A stretch of 32,000 bases of DNA from Dickeya solani IPO 2222 (lineage in GTDB: Bacteria; Pseudomonadota; Gammaproteobacteria; Enterobacterales; Enterobacteriaceae): contig NZ_CP015137.1 of the NCBI RefSeq assembly GCF_001644705.1, positions 1,830,001-1,862,000 of the forward strand, written 5' to 3'. A program made the translations under genes and the position numbers. Under the pieces are notes generated by a model. That model saw only the letters and a program-made list of their open reading frames with translations. It did no database searches and had not been told where the DNA came from. This document shows positions 1-8,601 of the stretch, piece after piece (the stretch's first letter is position 1; the number at the start of each line of letters is the position of its first letter).

Positions 1-1662
1 TGGAAGGCGCCAGAAGACACATCCAATATCACCGATTATAAAATTTACCAAGATAATCAGTTTGTTGGACTCGCCAGTCAGAATAGCAATCTGTACTCGC
101 CAGCCCAACCCTACATCAACATGTTTTATAAAAACGACACCGGTAACTTCCAACACCGAATCGTGATACAAAGCGCGAAGATCGACGGTCTGCAACCCAG
201 CACCGGTTACCACTTCACCGTGCAGGCAGTGCATACCGACGGCAGCGTTACCGCTGATAGCAACGCGGTGGACGTCACCACCACCGCGGTTCCCCAAACC
301 ATCGACATTACCCAGTACGGCGCTAAAGGCGACGGTACCACGCTCAATACCAGCGCGATCCAGAAAGCCATTGATGCCTGTCCTTCCGGCTGCCTGGTCA
401 ATGTTCCAGCAGGGGTATTCAAAACCGGTGCGTTGTGGCTGAAAAGCGACATGACACTGAATTTGTCACCGGGTGCAACCTTGCTTGGTTCGGAAAATGC
501 CGCAGATTATCCAGGGGGTTACACCATTGGCAAAAGCTCAACAGAGATGCGCCCAGCCTCGCTGCTGAACGTCACCGATAAAACCAGCTCTAAAGGCGGG
601 GTCTTCAAGAATATCCGCATTACCGGCAAAGGGACTATCGACGGCAGCGGCTGGAAACGCAGCGCCGATGGCCAGGATGAGCTGGGCAACAGCCTGCCGC
701 AGTACGTAAAGAGTAACAACGCCAATGTCAATAATGACGGCATTCTGGCGAAAAATCAGGTAGCGGCGGCGCTGGCGAAAGGCATTGACCTCAAAACCGC
801 TTACAGCCAGTATCGTTCCAGCCTGATCACCCTGCGCGGTGCCAACAGCGTTTACATCGCCGATATCACTATCCGTAATCCGGCCGATCACGGCATCGTG
901 TTCATGAAAAGCCAGAACGTGATCGAGAACGGTGTCATTCACCAGACCTTTGATGCCAACAATGGTGATGGCGTAGAGTTCAGCAACAGTCAAGATATCA
1001 CGGTATTGAATAGCGTGTTCGATACCGGGGATGACTGCATCAATTTCGCAGCGGGCTTGGGGCAGGAGGCCCAGAAACAAAGCCCGACCCAGAACGCCTC
1101 GCTGTTCAATAACTACTTCCACCGCGGTCACGGCGCAATTGTTATGGGTAGCCATACCGCTGCCACTATCGCCAATGTATTGGCGGAAAACAACGTGATG
1201 AATAAAACTGATATCGGCTTGCGTGCCAAGAGTTCACCAGATATCGGTGGCGGTGCACACCACGTGGTATTCCGCAACAATGCGATGGCAAATCTGGCGA
1301 TGCAGGCGATTTTCGTCACGTTGAATTATGTGGACGTCAATGGCAGCAGTGTATATACCCCGGCCGACGTACCTGCCCGTTTTTACGACTTTACCGTCAA
1401 AAATATCACAGTGCTGAATAGCGTCGGCACAAATCCGTCGATTCAGATAGAGGGCAATAGCAACAAACAGGTCTGGAACAGCAATTTTAATTTCTGCGAT
1501 ATGAAGCTCAGCGGCGTCATGCCGGCATCCATCAGCAATCTGGAGGATAGCGCGTTCAATAATATCGCTTTCAGTGACTTGCGCAGCGGTACCTCCCCCT
1601 GGATATTCGGCGCAGTTAAAAACGTCACGGTGGATGGGCAAGTCGTTACCCCAACCCCTTGA
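1..1662 (+). CDS. pehV: Exo-poly-alpha-D-galacturonosidase (GH28 catalytic domain preceded by an FN3-like domain); 5' end cut by the window edge
   Basis: Frame 1 is open from base 1 (WKAPEDTSNITDYKIYQDNQ...), so the ORF-track Met at 121 is internal. The protein aligns colinearly with the two complete paralogs downstream. GH28 motifs are present (NGDG, GDD, HRGHG, RAK). It fits the known clustered pehV-pehW-pehX genes of Dickeya dadantii; the V assignment rests on gene order only. Confidence 0.85.
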   Translation, partial: WKAPEDTSNITDYKIYQDNQFVGLASQNSNLYSPAQPYINMFYKNDTGNFQHRIVIQSAKIDGLQPSTGYHFTVQAVHTDGSVTADSNAVDVTTTAVPQTIDITQYGAKGDGTTLNTSAIQKAIDACPSGCLVNVPAGVFKTGALWLKSDMTLNLSPGATLLGSENAADYPGGYTIGKSSTEMRPASLLNVTDKTSSKGGVFKNIRITGKGTIDGSGWKRSADGQDELGNSLPQYVKSNNANVNNDGILAKNQVAAALAKGIDLKTAYSQYRSSLITLRGANSVYIADITIRNPADHGIVFMKSQNVIENGVIHQTFDANNGDGVEFSNSQDITVLNSVFDTGDDCINFAAGLGQEAQKQSPTQNASLFNNYFHRGHGAIVMGSHTAATIANVLAENNVMNKTDIGLRAKSSPDIGGGAHHVVFRNNAMANLAMQAIFVTLNYVDVNGSSVYTPADVPARFYDFTVKNITVLNSVGTNPSIQIEGNSNKQVWNSNFNFCDMKLSGVMPASISNLEDSAFNNIAFSDLRSGTSPWIFGAVKNVTVDGQVVTPTP

Positions 1663-1884
1663 GTGTTAAGACGCATAACTTGATCGCTATTGACTTGATC
1701 AACGGTGCCGGGCAGGCAAGCCCGGCGCTTTCCCGCCGCTATCCGGACCCGGCTTCCGTTAGCTGCGATGACAAGAAAAACACGGTTGTACCCGTGCCTG
1801 TGGTTAAGCTATGCCTGCTGGAGCCTATCATCGAAGAACACGCCATCTGGCGGCAAAAAGGGGTAACAATTGCTTACCCCTTTC
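1663..1884 (+). repeat. Copy A of a roughly 225-bp non-coding module duplicated with the peh genes (copy B at 3848..4072)
   Basis: By eye it aligns with 3848..4072 at most positions, with a few substitutions and small indels. It starts at the stop codon and ends just after the second hairpin. Confidence 0.85.
1707..1734 (+). terminator. Terminator-like hairpin 1 downstream of pehV
   Basis: GCCGGGC-aggcaa-GCCCGGC followed by GCTTTCCC. The GC stem is perfect but the T tract is short. Confidence 0.5.
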
Positions 1885-1889
1885 TTTAT
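1855..1889. terminator. Terminator-like hairpin 2 at the end of inter-peh module A
   Basis: AAAAA-GGGGTAA-caattgc-TTACCCC-TTTCTTTAT. An A run lies upstream and a T-rich tail downstream. Confidence 0.5.
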
Positions 1890-1941
1890 CTCTCTGTCTA
1901 TTATTTGCTCAATTCCTTAAATGGAATGCAATACGCATTTT

Positions 1942-1958
1942 TATAAAACACGGTTTCT
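1942..1958. promoter_or_regulatory. KdgR-like operator upstream of pehW
   Basis: TATAAAACACGGTTTCT matches 14 of 17 positions of the KdgR box consensus as I recall it (AATRAAAYRNYRTTTYA). It lies 69 nt upstream of the pehW ATG. KdgR is the known repressor of the Dickeya pectinolysis regulon. Confidence 0.45.
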
Positions 1959-2026
1959 TAAAAATGCGTATCTCTCTGAATGAAACACTCATCAGCTACT
2001 TAATTTCGAGAAAATAAGGAAAACAG

Positions 2027-3847
2027 ATGAAAGCCATGAGATTTTCGCAGCACCACGCCCTGGTGTTGATAACGTCGGTGTATCTGTTCAGCAATCAGGT
2101 TCAGGCTATACCGACAAGTGAGCCAACATCGCCAGCCTTACAGGCGCTTGTACCGTCCCTCGATGACCACAGCGTGGTATTAGTCTGGCATGCGCCAGAA
2201 GATACATCCGCTATCGCCGATTACCAGATTTACCAAAATGGTCAGCCCATCGGACTCGCCAGCCAGAATAACGACCTGCACTCGCCAGCCAAACCGTACA
2301 TTAGTGCGTTTTACAAAAATGACACCGGCAATTTCCATCACCGGGTGGTGATACAGAATGCGAAAATCGACGGGCTGAAAGCTAACACCGACTACCAGTT
2401 CACCATACAGACAGTGTATGCCGACGGTACAACTTCCGCTGACAGCAACGAGGTCACTGTCACCACGACCACCACGCCGCAAGTGATCAACATCACCGAA
2501 TACGGCGCTAAAGGCGACGGCACCACGCTTAACACCACGGCGATTCAGAAAGCGATTGACGCCTGCCCAACCGGTTGCCGCATCGACGTTTCGGCCGGGG
2601 TATTCAAAACCGGCGCCCTGTGGCTGAAAAGCGACATGACGCTGAATCTGTTGCAGGGTGCGACATTGCTCGGTTCCGACAATGCGGCCGATTACCCTGA
2701 CGCCTACAAGCTTTACAGTTACTCATCCCAGGTGCGCCCGGCATCGTTGATCAACGCCATCGACAAAACCAGCTCCGCCGTCGGGACGTTCAAGAACATC
2801 CGTATCATCGGCAAAGGCGTCATTGACGGCAACGGCTGGAAACGCAGCGCGGATGGCAAAGATGAACTGGGCAATAGCCTGCCGCAGTACGTGAAGAGTG
2901 ATAGCAGCAAGGTGAGCAACGACGGTATTCTGGCGAAAAATCAGGTAGAGGCGGCCGTCGCCAAAGGCATGGACGTCAAACTCGCCTATAGTCAGCTTCG
3001 TTCCAGTCTGATCACCCTGCGCGGCGTGCAAAACGCCTACATCGCCGATGTCACCATCCTCAATCCGGCTAACCACGGCATCATATTCCTGGAAAGCCGG
3101 AATGTAGTGGAAAACAGTGTCATTCATCAGACCTTCGACGCCAACAACGGCGACGGCGTCGAATTTATCAATAGCCAAAACATCATGGTATTCAACAGTG
3201 TGTTTGATACCGGAGACGACAGCATCAACTTCGGCGCCGGTCTGGGTCAGGATGCGCAGAAGCAGGAACCTTCGCAAAACGCCCAGTTGTTCAACAACTA
3301 TTTCCATCGCGGCCACAGTGCGGTGGCGTTAGGTAGCCACACCGGTGCAGGTATTAACAATATACTGGCGGAAAACAACGTGATCAGCCAGAACGACATC
3401 GGCCTGCGCGCCAAGAGCGCCCCGGCCATCGGCGGCGGTGCGCATGGCATCGAGTTCCGCAACAGCGCCATGAGAAACCTGGCTAAGCAGGCGGTTGTCG
3501 TGACGTTAAGTTACACCGACAGCAACGGCACCATCGACTATACCCCGGCCAAAGTACCTGCCCGTTTCTATGGCTTCACCGTCAAAAACGTCACCGTGCA
3601 GGACAGTACCGGCTCAAGCCCGTCGATTGAGATCACCGGGGACAGCAGCAAAGATATCTGGCATAGCCAGTTTCTCTTCAGGAACATGAAACTCAGCGGG
3701 GTGATGCCTACCTCAATCAGCGATCTGAGCGACAGCCAGTTCAATAACCTGACGTTCAGCAATCTGCGCAGCGGCACCTCCCCCTGGAAATTCGGCGCAG
3801 TTAAAAACGTCACGGTGGACGGGCAAGTCGTTACCCCAACGCCTTGA
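2027..3847 (+). CDS. pehW: Exo-poly-alpha-D-galacturonosidase (GH28) with a Sec-type signal peptide
   Basis: 606-aa ORF. AAGGA lies 6 nt upstream of the ATG. The N-terminal hydrophobic signal ends in VQA. The FN3-like and GH28 domains are colinear with the 602-aa paralog. The W assignment rests on gene order. Confidence 0.9.
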   Translation: MKAMRFSQHHALVLITSVYLFSNQVQAIPTSEPTSPALQALVPSLDDHSVVLVWHAPEDTSAIADYQIYQNGQPIGLASQNNDLHSPAKPYISAFYKNDTGNFHHRVVIQNAKIDGLKANTDYQFTIQTVYADGTTSADSNEVTVTTTTTPQVINITEYGAKGDGTTLNTTAIQKAIDACPTGCRIDVSAGVFKTGALWLKSDMTLNLLQGATLLGSDNAADYPDAYKLYSYSSQVRPASLINAIDKTSSAVGTFKNIRIIGKGVIDGNGWKRSADGKDELGNSLPQYVKSDSSKVSNDGILAKNQVEAAVAKGMDVKLAYSQLRSSLITLRGVQNAYIADVTILNPANHGIIFLESRNVVENSVIHQTFDANNGDGVEFINSQNIMVFNSVFDTGDDSINFGAGLGQDAQKQEPSQNAQLFNNYFHRGHSAVALGSHTGAGINNILAENNVISQNDIGLRAKSAPAIGGGAHGIEFRNSAMRNLAKQAVVVTLSYTDSNGTIDYTPAKVPARFYGFTVKNVTVQDSTGSSPSIEITGDSSKDIWHSQFLFRNMKLSGVMPTSISDLSDSQFNNLTFSNLRSGTSPWKFGAVKNVTVDGQVVTPTP

Positions 3848-3890
3848 ATGTTAAGACGCATAACTTGATCACGATTAATTGATCAACTAC

Positions 3891-3918
3891 GCCGGGCAGG
3901 CACGCCCGGTGCTTTTCC
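3891..3918 (+). terminator. Terminator-like hairpin 1 downstream of pehW
   Basis: GCCGGGC-aggcac-GCCCGG followed by TGCTTTTCC. Confidence 0.5.
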
Positions 3919-4042
3919 GCCATTATCCGGACCCGGCTTCCGTTAGCTGCGATGGCAAGGGAAACACTGTCGTACCAACGCCTGTGGTTAAGTTATGCCT
4001 GCTGCAACCTACCTACCATCGAAGAACACGCCATCTGACGGC

Positions 4043-4071
4043 AAAAAGGGGTAACAATTGGTTACCCCTTT
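4043..4071. terminator. Terminator-like hairpin 2 at the end of inter-peh module B
   Basis: AAAAA-GGGGTAAC-aattg-GTTACCCC-TTT. Confidence 0.5.
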
Positions 4072-4135
4072 CCTCCTTGTATCCTGATTAATTTGTGATC
4101 GCTTTCGGGGAAAAAAGAAATACGACATGTATTTT

Positions 4136-4152
4136 TATAAAACATTGTTTCG
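4136..4152. promoter_or_regulatory. KdgR-like operator upstream of pehX
   Basis: TATAAAACATTGTTTCG matches 15 of 17 positions of the recalled KdgR consensus AATRAAAYRNYRTTTYA. It lies 67 nt upstream of the pehX ATG. Confidence 0.55.
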
Positions 4153-4218
4153 AAATGAAGCTGTATCTCGTCCGGATAAAACACATTAATCAATTTAAAA
4201 GAGAACTAAGGAACAAGG

Positions 4219-6027
4219 ATGGAAGTCATCACATTTTCACGTCGCTCTGCCCTGGCGTCAATGGTAGCAACATGTCTGATTAGTACATCTGCGCTGGCGG
4301 CAACAGCTCAGGCGCCGCAAAAACTCCAGATTCCCACGCTGTCTTATGACGACCACAGTGTAGCGTTGGTCTGGGACGCGCCGGAAGACACGTCCGCCGT
4401 CGCCGATTACCAGATTTATCAAAACGGCCAGCTCATCGGGCTAGCCAGCCAAAACAACGACAAGAACTCGCCAGCCAAACCGTACATTAGTGCGTTTTAC
4501 AAAAATGACACCGGCAATTTCCATCACCGGGTGGTGATACAGAATGCGAAAATCGACGGGCTGAAAGCTAACACCGACTACCAGTTCACCGTACGGACAG
4601 TGTATGCCGACGGTACGACTTCCGCTGACAGCAACGCAGTCACTGCCACCACGACCACCACGCCGCAAGTGATCAACATCACCCAATACGGTGCTAAAGG
4701 CGACGGCACCACGCTTAACACCACGGCGATTCAGAAAGCGATTGACGCCTGCCCAACCGGTTGCCGCATCGACGTTCCGGCCGGGGTATTCAAAACCGGC
4801 GCCCTGTGGCTGAAAAGCGACATGACGCTGAATCTGTTGCAGGGTGCGACATTGCTCGGTTCCGACAATGCAGCCGATTACCCTGACGCCTACAAGATTT
4901 ACAGTTACTCATCCCAGATGCGCCCGGCATCGCTGATCAATGCCATCGACAAAACCAGCTCCGCCGTCGGGACGTTCAAGAACATCCGTATCATCGGCAA
5001 AGGCATTATCGACGGCAACGGCTGGAAACGCAGCGCGGATGGCAAAGATGAACTGGGCAATAGCCTGCCGCAGTACGTGAAGAGTGATAGCAGCAAGGTT
5101 AGCAAGGACGGTATTCTGGCGAAAAACCAGGTAGCGGCGGCCGTCGCCAAAGGCATGGACGCCAAAACCGCCTATAGTCAGCTTCGTTCCAGTCTGATCA
5201 CCCTGCGCGGCGTCAAGAACGTCTACATCGCCGATGTCACCATCCGCAATCCGGCCAACCACGGCATCATGTTCCTGGAAAGCCAGAATGTAGTGGAAAA
5301 CAGCGTTATCCATCAGACGTTCGACGCCAACAACGGTGACGGCGTCGAGTTTGGCAACAGCCAAAACATCATGGTATTCAACAGCGTGTTCGATACCGGG
5401 GACGACAGCATCAACTTCGCTGCGGGGATGGGCCAGGACGCGCAGAAGCAAGAACCTTCGCAAAACGCCTGGTTGTTCAACAACTTTTTCCGTCGCGGCC
5501 ACGGTGCGGTGGTGTTAGGCAGCCACACCGGCGCAGGCATTATCGATGTGCTGGCGGAAAACAACGTGATCAGCCAGAACGACGTTGGCCTGCGCGCCAA
5601 GAGCGCGCCTGCCATCGGCGGCGGCGCGCATGGCATCGTATTCCGTAATAGCGCGATGAAAAACCTGGCTAAGCAGGCAGTTATCGTGACGTTAAGTTAC
5701 ACCGACAGCAACGGCACCATCGACTATACCCCGGCCAAAGTGCCTGCCCGTTTCTATGACTTCACCGTCAAAAACGTCACCGTGCAGGACAGTACCGGCT
5801 CAAGCCCGGCGATTGAAATCACCGGAGACAGCGGCAAAGGCATCTGGCACAGCCAGTTTACCTTCAGCAACATGAAACTCAGCGGAGTGATGCCTGCCTC
5901 AATCAGCGATTTGAGCGACAGCCAGTTCAACAACCTGACGTTCAGCAAACTGCGCAGCGGTTCTTCGCCGTGGAAATTCGGCACGGTGAAGAACGTTACC
6001 GTAGACGGCAAAATCGTCACGCCCTGA
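4219..6027 (+). CDS. pehX: Exo-poly-alpha-D-galacturonosidase PehX (GH28)
   Basis: 602-aa ORF, the length I recall for Erwinia chrysanthemi PehX. AAGGA lies upstream of the ATG. GH28 motifs NGDG, GDD, RRGHG and RAK are present. The N-terminal signal contains SRRSAL. Confidence 0.9.
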   Translation: MEVITFSRRSALASMVATCLISTSALAATAQAPQKLQIPTLSYDDHSVALVWDAPEDTSAVADYQIYQNGQLIGLASQNNDKNSPAKPYISAFYKNDTGNFHHRVVIQNAKIDGLKANTDYQFTVRTVYADGTTSADSNAVTATTTTTPQVINITQYGAKGDGTTLNTTAIQKAIDACPTGCRIDVPAGVFKTGALWLKSDMTLNLLQGATLLGSDNAADYPDAYKIYSYSSQMRPASLINAIDKTSSAVGTFKNIRIIGKGIIDGNGWKRSADGKDELGNSLPQYVKSDSSKVSKDGILAKNQVAAAVAKGMDAKTAYSQLRSSLITLRGVKNVYIADVTIRNPANHGIMFLESQNVVENSVIHQTFDANNGDGVEFGNSQNIMVFNSVFDTGDDSINFAAGMGQDAQKQEPSQNAWLFNNFFRRGHGAVVLGSHTGAGIIDVLAENNVISQNDVGLRAKSAPAIGGGAHGIVFRNSAMKNLAKQAVIVTLSYTDSNGTIDYTPAKVPARFYDFTVKNVTVQDSTGSSPAIEITGDSGKGIWHSQFTFSNMKLSGVMPASISDLSDSQFNNLTFSKLRSGSSPWKFGTVKNVTVDGKIVTP

Positions 6028-6044
6028 CAGAGGGTTCATCTGCA

Positions 6045-6072
6045 CGCCGGGCCGCCGCGCCCGGCGTATTTT
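6045..6072. terminator. Rho-independent terminator shared by convergent pehX and rep
   Basis: CGCCGGGC-cgccgc-GCCCGGCG followed by TATTTT. It sits between the pehX stop (6027) and the rep stop (6079). Confidence 0.7.
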
Positions 6073-6078
6073 CCTTCA

Positions 6079-8103
6079 TCACTCTTTGTCTCTGGCCTTC
6101 GCCAGCTGGGCGCGCAAGTTAGCCAGATGGTTCTGCCCTTTCTGCATCCGCTCCTGTGGGCTGGCGACCTTGCGTTCGGTTTCCCACATCACATCGTCCT
6201 GCGGCAGTTCCAGCAGAAAGCGGCTCGGCTCCGGGCGAATCAACTCACCGTACTGCCGCCGCTCGCGGCACAGGGTGAACGTCAGCTCTTTCTGCGCGCG
6301 GGTAATACCTACATAAGCCAGACGCCGTTCCTCATCGACATTATCCTCGTCAATGCTGGTCTGATGCGGCAGCAGCCCTTCTTCCATCCCCACCAGATAC
6401 ACATACGGAAATTCCAGCCCTTTGGAGGCGTGCAGCGTCATCAATTGCACCTGATCAAGCTCTTCCTCGGCTTCATTACGTTCCATCATGTCGCGTAGGG
6501 TAAACCGGGTCACCACCTGCGTCAGCGTCATCGGCTCGTCAAGGTCGCTGCCTTCCAGCATCTCCGTCATCCAGGTAAACAGCGTATTGACGTTTTTCAT
6601 GCGCATTTCCGCCGCTTTCGGGCTCGGCGAGGTTTCGTACAACCAGCTCTCGTAATTCAGACCGTGGATCAGGTCGCGTACCGCTTTCACTGGCTCCTGC
6701 TCCGCCAGTCGGGCTATCTCGCCTATCCACTGGGTGAAACGCTGCAATGACTCCAGCCCGCGCCCGCTCAGGGTCTGGCTCAGTCCCATGTCGAAGCTGG
6801 CGTTGAACAGGCTGCGATTGCGCTGATTGGCCCACTCGCCCAGCTTCTGCAATGTCGCCGGGCCGATTTCGCGCTTCGGCGTATTCACGATGCGCAGGAA
6901 CGCGCTGTCGTCTTCCGGGTTAGTCAGCACGCGCAAATAAGCCAGCAAATCTTTGATTTCCGGGCGGGAGAAAAACGACGTGCCGCCGGAAATGCGGTAA
7001 GGGATGCGGTTTTGCATCAGCACTTTTTCAAACAACCGTGACTGATGGTTGCCGCGATAAAGAATCGCGTAGTCGCCGTACTGGGTTTTCCGGATAAAGT
7101 GATGGGCGATCAGTTCCCCCACCACCCGCTCGGCCTCGTGGTCTTCGTTATTGGCGGTGATGATTTTCAGCTCTTCGCCATAGCCCAGCTCGGAGTAAAG
7201 CCGCTTTTCGAATACGTGCGGGTTGTTGGCGATCAAAATATTGGCGGCCTTGAGAATACGGCCGGACGAGCGGTAATTCTGTTCCAGCTTGACGACCTGC
7301 AATTGCGGAAAATCCTGTTGCAACAGCGACAGATTCTGCGGGCGAGCGCCGCGCCAGGAGTAAATCGACTGGTCGTCATCACCCACCACGGTAAAACGCG
7401 CCCGGCTGCCCACCAGCAATTTCACCAGCTCGTACTGACTGGTGTTGGTGTCCTGATATTCGTCCACCAGCAGATAGCGCAGACGGTTCTGCCAGCGCTC
7501 ACGCACCTCTTCATTACGTTTGAGCAACAGCGTCGGCAATAGGATCAGGTCATCAAAGTCCAGCACGTTGCAGGCACGCAGGTGCTCGTCATACAAACGG
7601 TAGCAATGCGCAAACAGCCGGTCCCGCTCCGAGCGCGCCAGCGCCGCCGCCTGTGCCGGGTCAATCAGGTCGTTTTTCCAGTTCGACAGGGCGGACACCA
7701 GCTGTTGCAGCAAGTCTTTGTCATTCTCCAGCCACAGCTCGGTCAGCTCTTTCAGCAGCGCCAGTTGATCCTGATCGTCAAACAACGAGAAGTTGGATTT
7801 CATACCCAGCGCCGCGTATTCGCGCTTAATGATCTCCAGCCCCAGCGTATGAAAGGTGGCGATCAGCAGACCGCGGGTTTCCTGACGCCCCAGCGTCTGC
7901 GCCACACGCTCTTTCATTTCTCGCGCGGCCTTGTTGGTAAAGGTCACCGCGGCGATATGGCGCGCCTGATAACCGCAGCCGCGGATCAGGTGCGCGATTT
8001 TCTGGGTAATCACCCGGGTTTTGCCGGATCCCGCCCCGGCCAGTACCAGACAGGGACCGGTCACAAATTCAACGGCGTGTTGTTGGCTGGGATTCATGCG
8101 CAT
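6079..8103 (-). CDS. rep: ATP-dependent DNA helicase Rep
   Basis: 674 aa. It is near-colinear with E. coli Rep (673 aa), starting [33 protein letters not shown]. The Walker A motif and UvrD-family motifs are present. Confidence 0.97.
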   Translation of the reverse strand: MRMNPSQQHAVEFVTGPCLVLAGAGSGKTRVITQKIAHLIRGCGYQARHIAAVTFTNKAAREMKERVAQTLGRQETRGLLIATFHTLGLEIIKREYAALGMKSNFSLFDDQDQLALLKELTELWLENDKDLLQQLVSALSNWKNDLIDPAQAAALARSERDRLFAHCYRLYDEHLRACNVLDFDDLILLPTLLLKRNEEVRERWQNRLRYLLVDEYQDTNTSQYELVKLLVGSRARFTVVGDDDQSIYSWRGARPQNLSLLQQDFPQLQVVKLEQNYRSSGRILKAANILIANNPHVFEKRLYSELGYGEELKIITANNEDHEAERVVGELIAHHFIRKTQYGDYAILYRGNHQSRLFEKVLMQNRIPYRISGGTSFFSRPEIKDLLAYLRVLTNPEDDSAFLRIVNTPKREIGPATLQKLGEWANQRNRSLFNASFDMGLSQTLSGRGLESLQRFTQWIGEIARLAEQEPVKAVRDLIHGLNYESWLYETSPSPKAAEMRMKNVNTLFTWMTEMLEGSDLDEPMTLTQVVTRFTLRDMMERNEAEEELDQVQLMTLHASKGLEFPYVYLVGMEEGLLPHQTSIDEDNVDEERRLAYVGITRAQKELTFTLCRERRQYGELIRPEPSRFLLELPQDDVMWETERKVASPQERMQKGQNHLANLRAQLAKARDKE

Positions 8104-8287
8104 GGTATTTCGTGCTCGACGTTCAAACGGAAAGGGATTTTAACAGAAGAGGATTGTAGCAAAAGTCAGGGCCAGGGCGAGGATCCGTTAACCCGCTTCT
8201 GAACGCGCCCCGCATTTCCTTTCCTGATAAGGCGGTGCTAGGCTGTGCCTTGCAACATCGGCTTTCCCTTTGCTCAAGGAGCGTACT

Positions 8288-8569
8288 ATGGCAAATACCG
8301 CGGCAGCATTGCACATTCTGGTGGATACCGAACAACAGGCCACCGATATTCTGGCTCAACTGGAGAAGGGAGCGGATTTTCAGCAGTTGGCAAAAAAATA
8401 TTCAACCTGCCCGTCAAAGCACAACGGCGGCGATTTGGGAGAATTCCGCAAAGGCGACATGGTGCCGGATTTTGATAAAGCGGTGTTTTCCTGCGAACTG
8501 CTCAAACCCTTCGGCCCGGTCAAAACCCAGTTCGGCTACCACATCATCAAGGTGCTGTACCGTAACTGA
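8288..8569 (+). CDS. ppiC: Peptidyl-prolyl cis-trans isomerase C (parvulin)
   Basis: A 93-aa product starting [12 protein letters not shown] aligns end to end with E. coli PpiC (93 aa). AGGAG lies 6 nt upstream of ATG 8288. The ORF-track start at 8270 has no SD and adds 6 residues absent from homologs. Confidence 0.93.
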   Translation: MANTAAALHILVDTEQQATDILAQLEKGADFQQLAKKYSTCPSKHNGGDLGEFRKGDMVPDFDKAVFSCELLKPFGPVKTQFGYHIIKVLYRN

Positions 8570-8572
8570 AAC

Positions 8573-8594
8573 AGAGGCGGCAAATGCCGCCTCT
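8573..8594. terminator. Hairpin between convergent ppiC and putA
   Basis: AGAGGCGGC-aaat-GCCGCCTCT lies between the two stop codons (8569 and 8602). The T tracts are weak. Confidence 0.55.
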
Positions 8595-8601
8595 TCAGAC
8601 A

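Larger units (their letters stand above)
3848..4072 (+). repeat. Copy B of the non-coding inter-peh module
   Basis: Aligns with 1663..1884 and carries the same two hairpins in the same order. Confidence 0.85.

Noticed and set aside
1659-1946. ORFs crossing the inter-peh spacers (1659..1946, 1811..2017, 3879..4091) that share the peptide RYPDPASVSCD.K.NTVVP.PVVKLCLL
   Set aside because: The shared peptide reflects DNA-level duplication. An indel moves the conserved sequence into different frames in the two copies, the start sites differ, and the ORFs run through two terminator-like hairpins. They are not credible coding sequences.
4094-4109. CRP-like site TGTGA-tcgctt-TCGGG upstream of pehX
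   Set aside because: Only the left half matches the TGTGA-N6-TCACA consensus; the right half matches 2 of 5 positions. There is no counterpart upstream of pehW. This is too weak to report as a feature.
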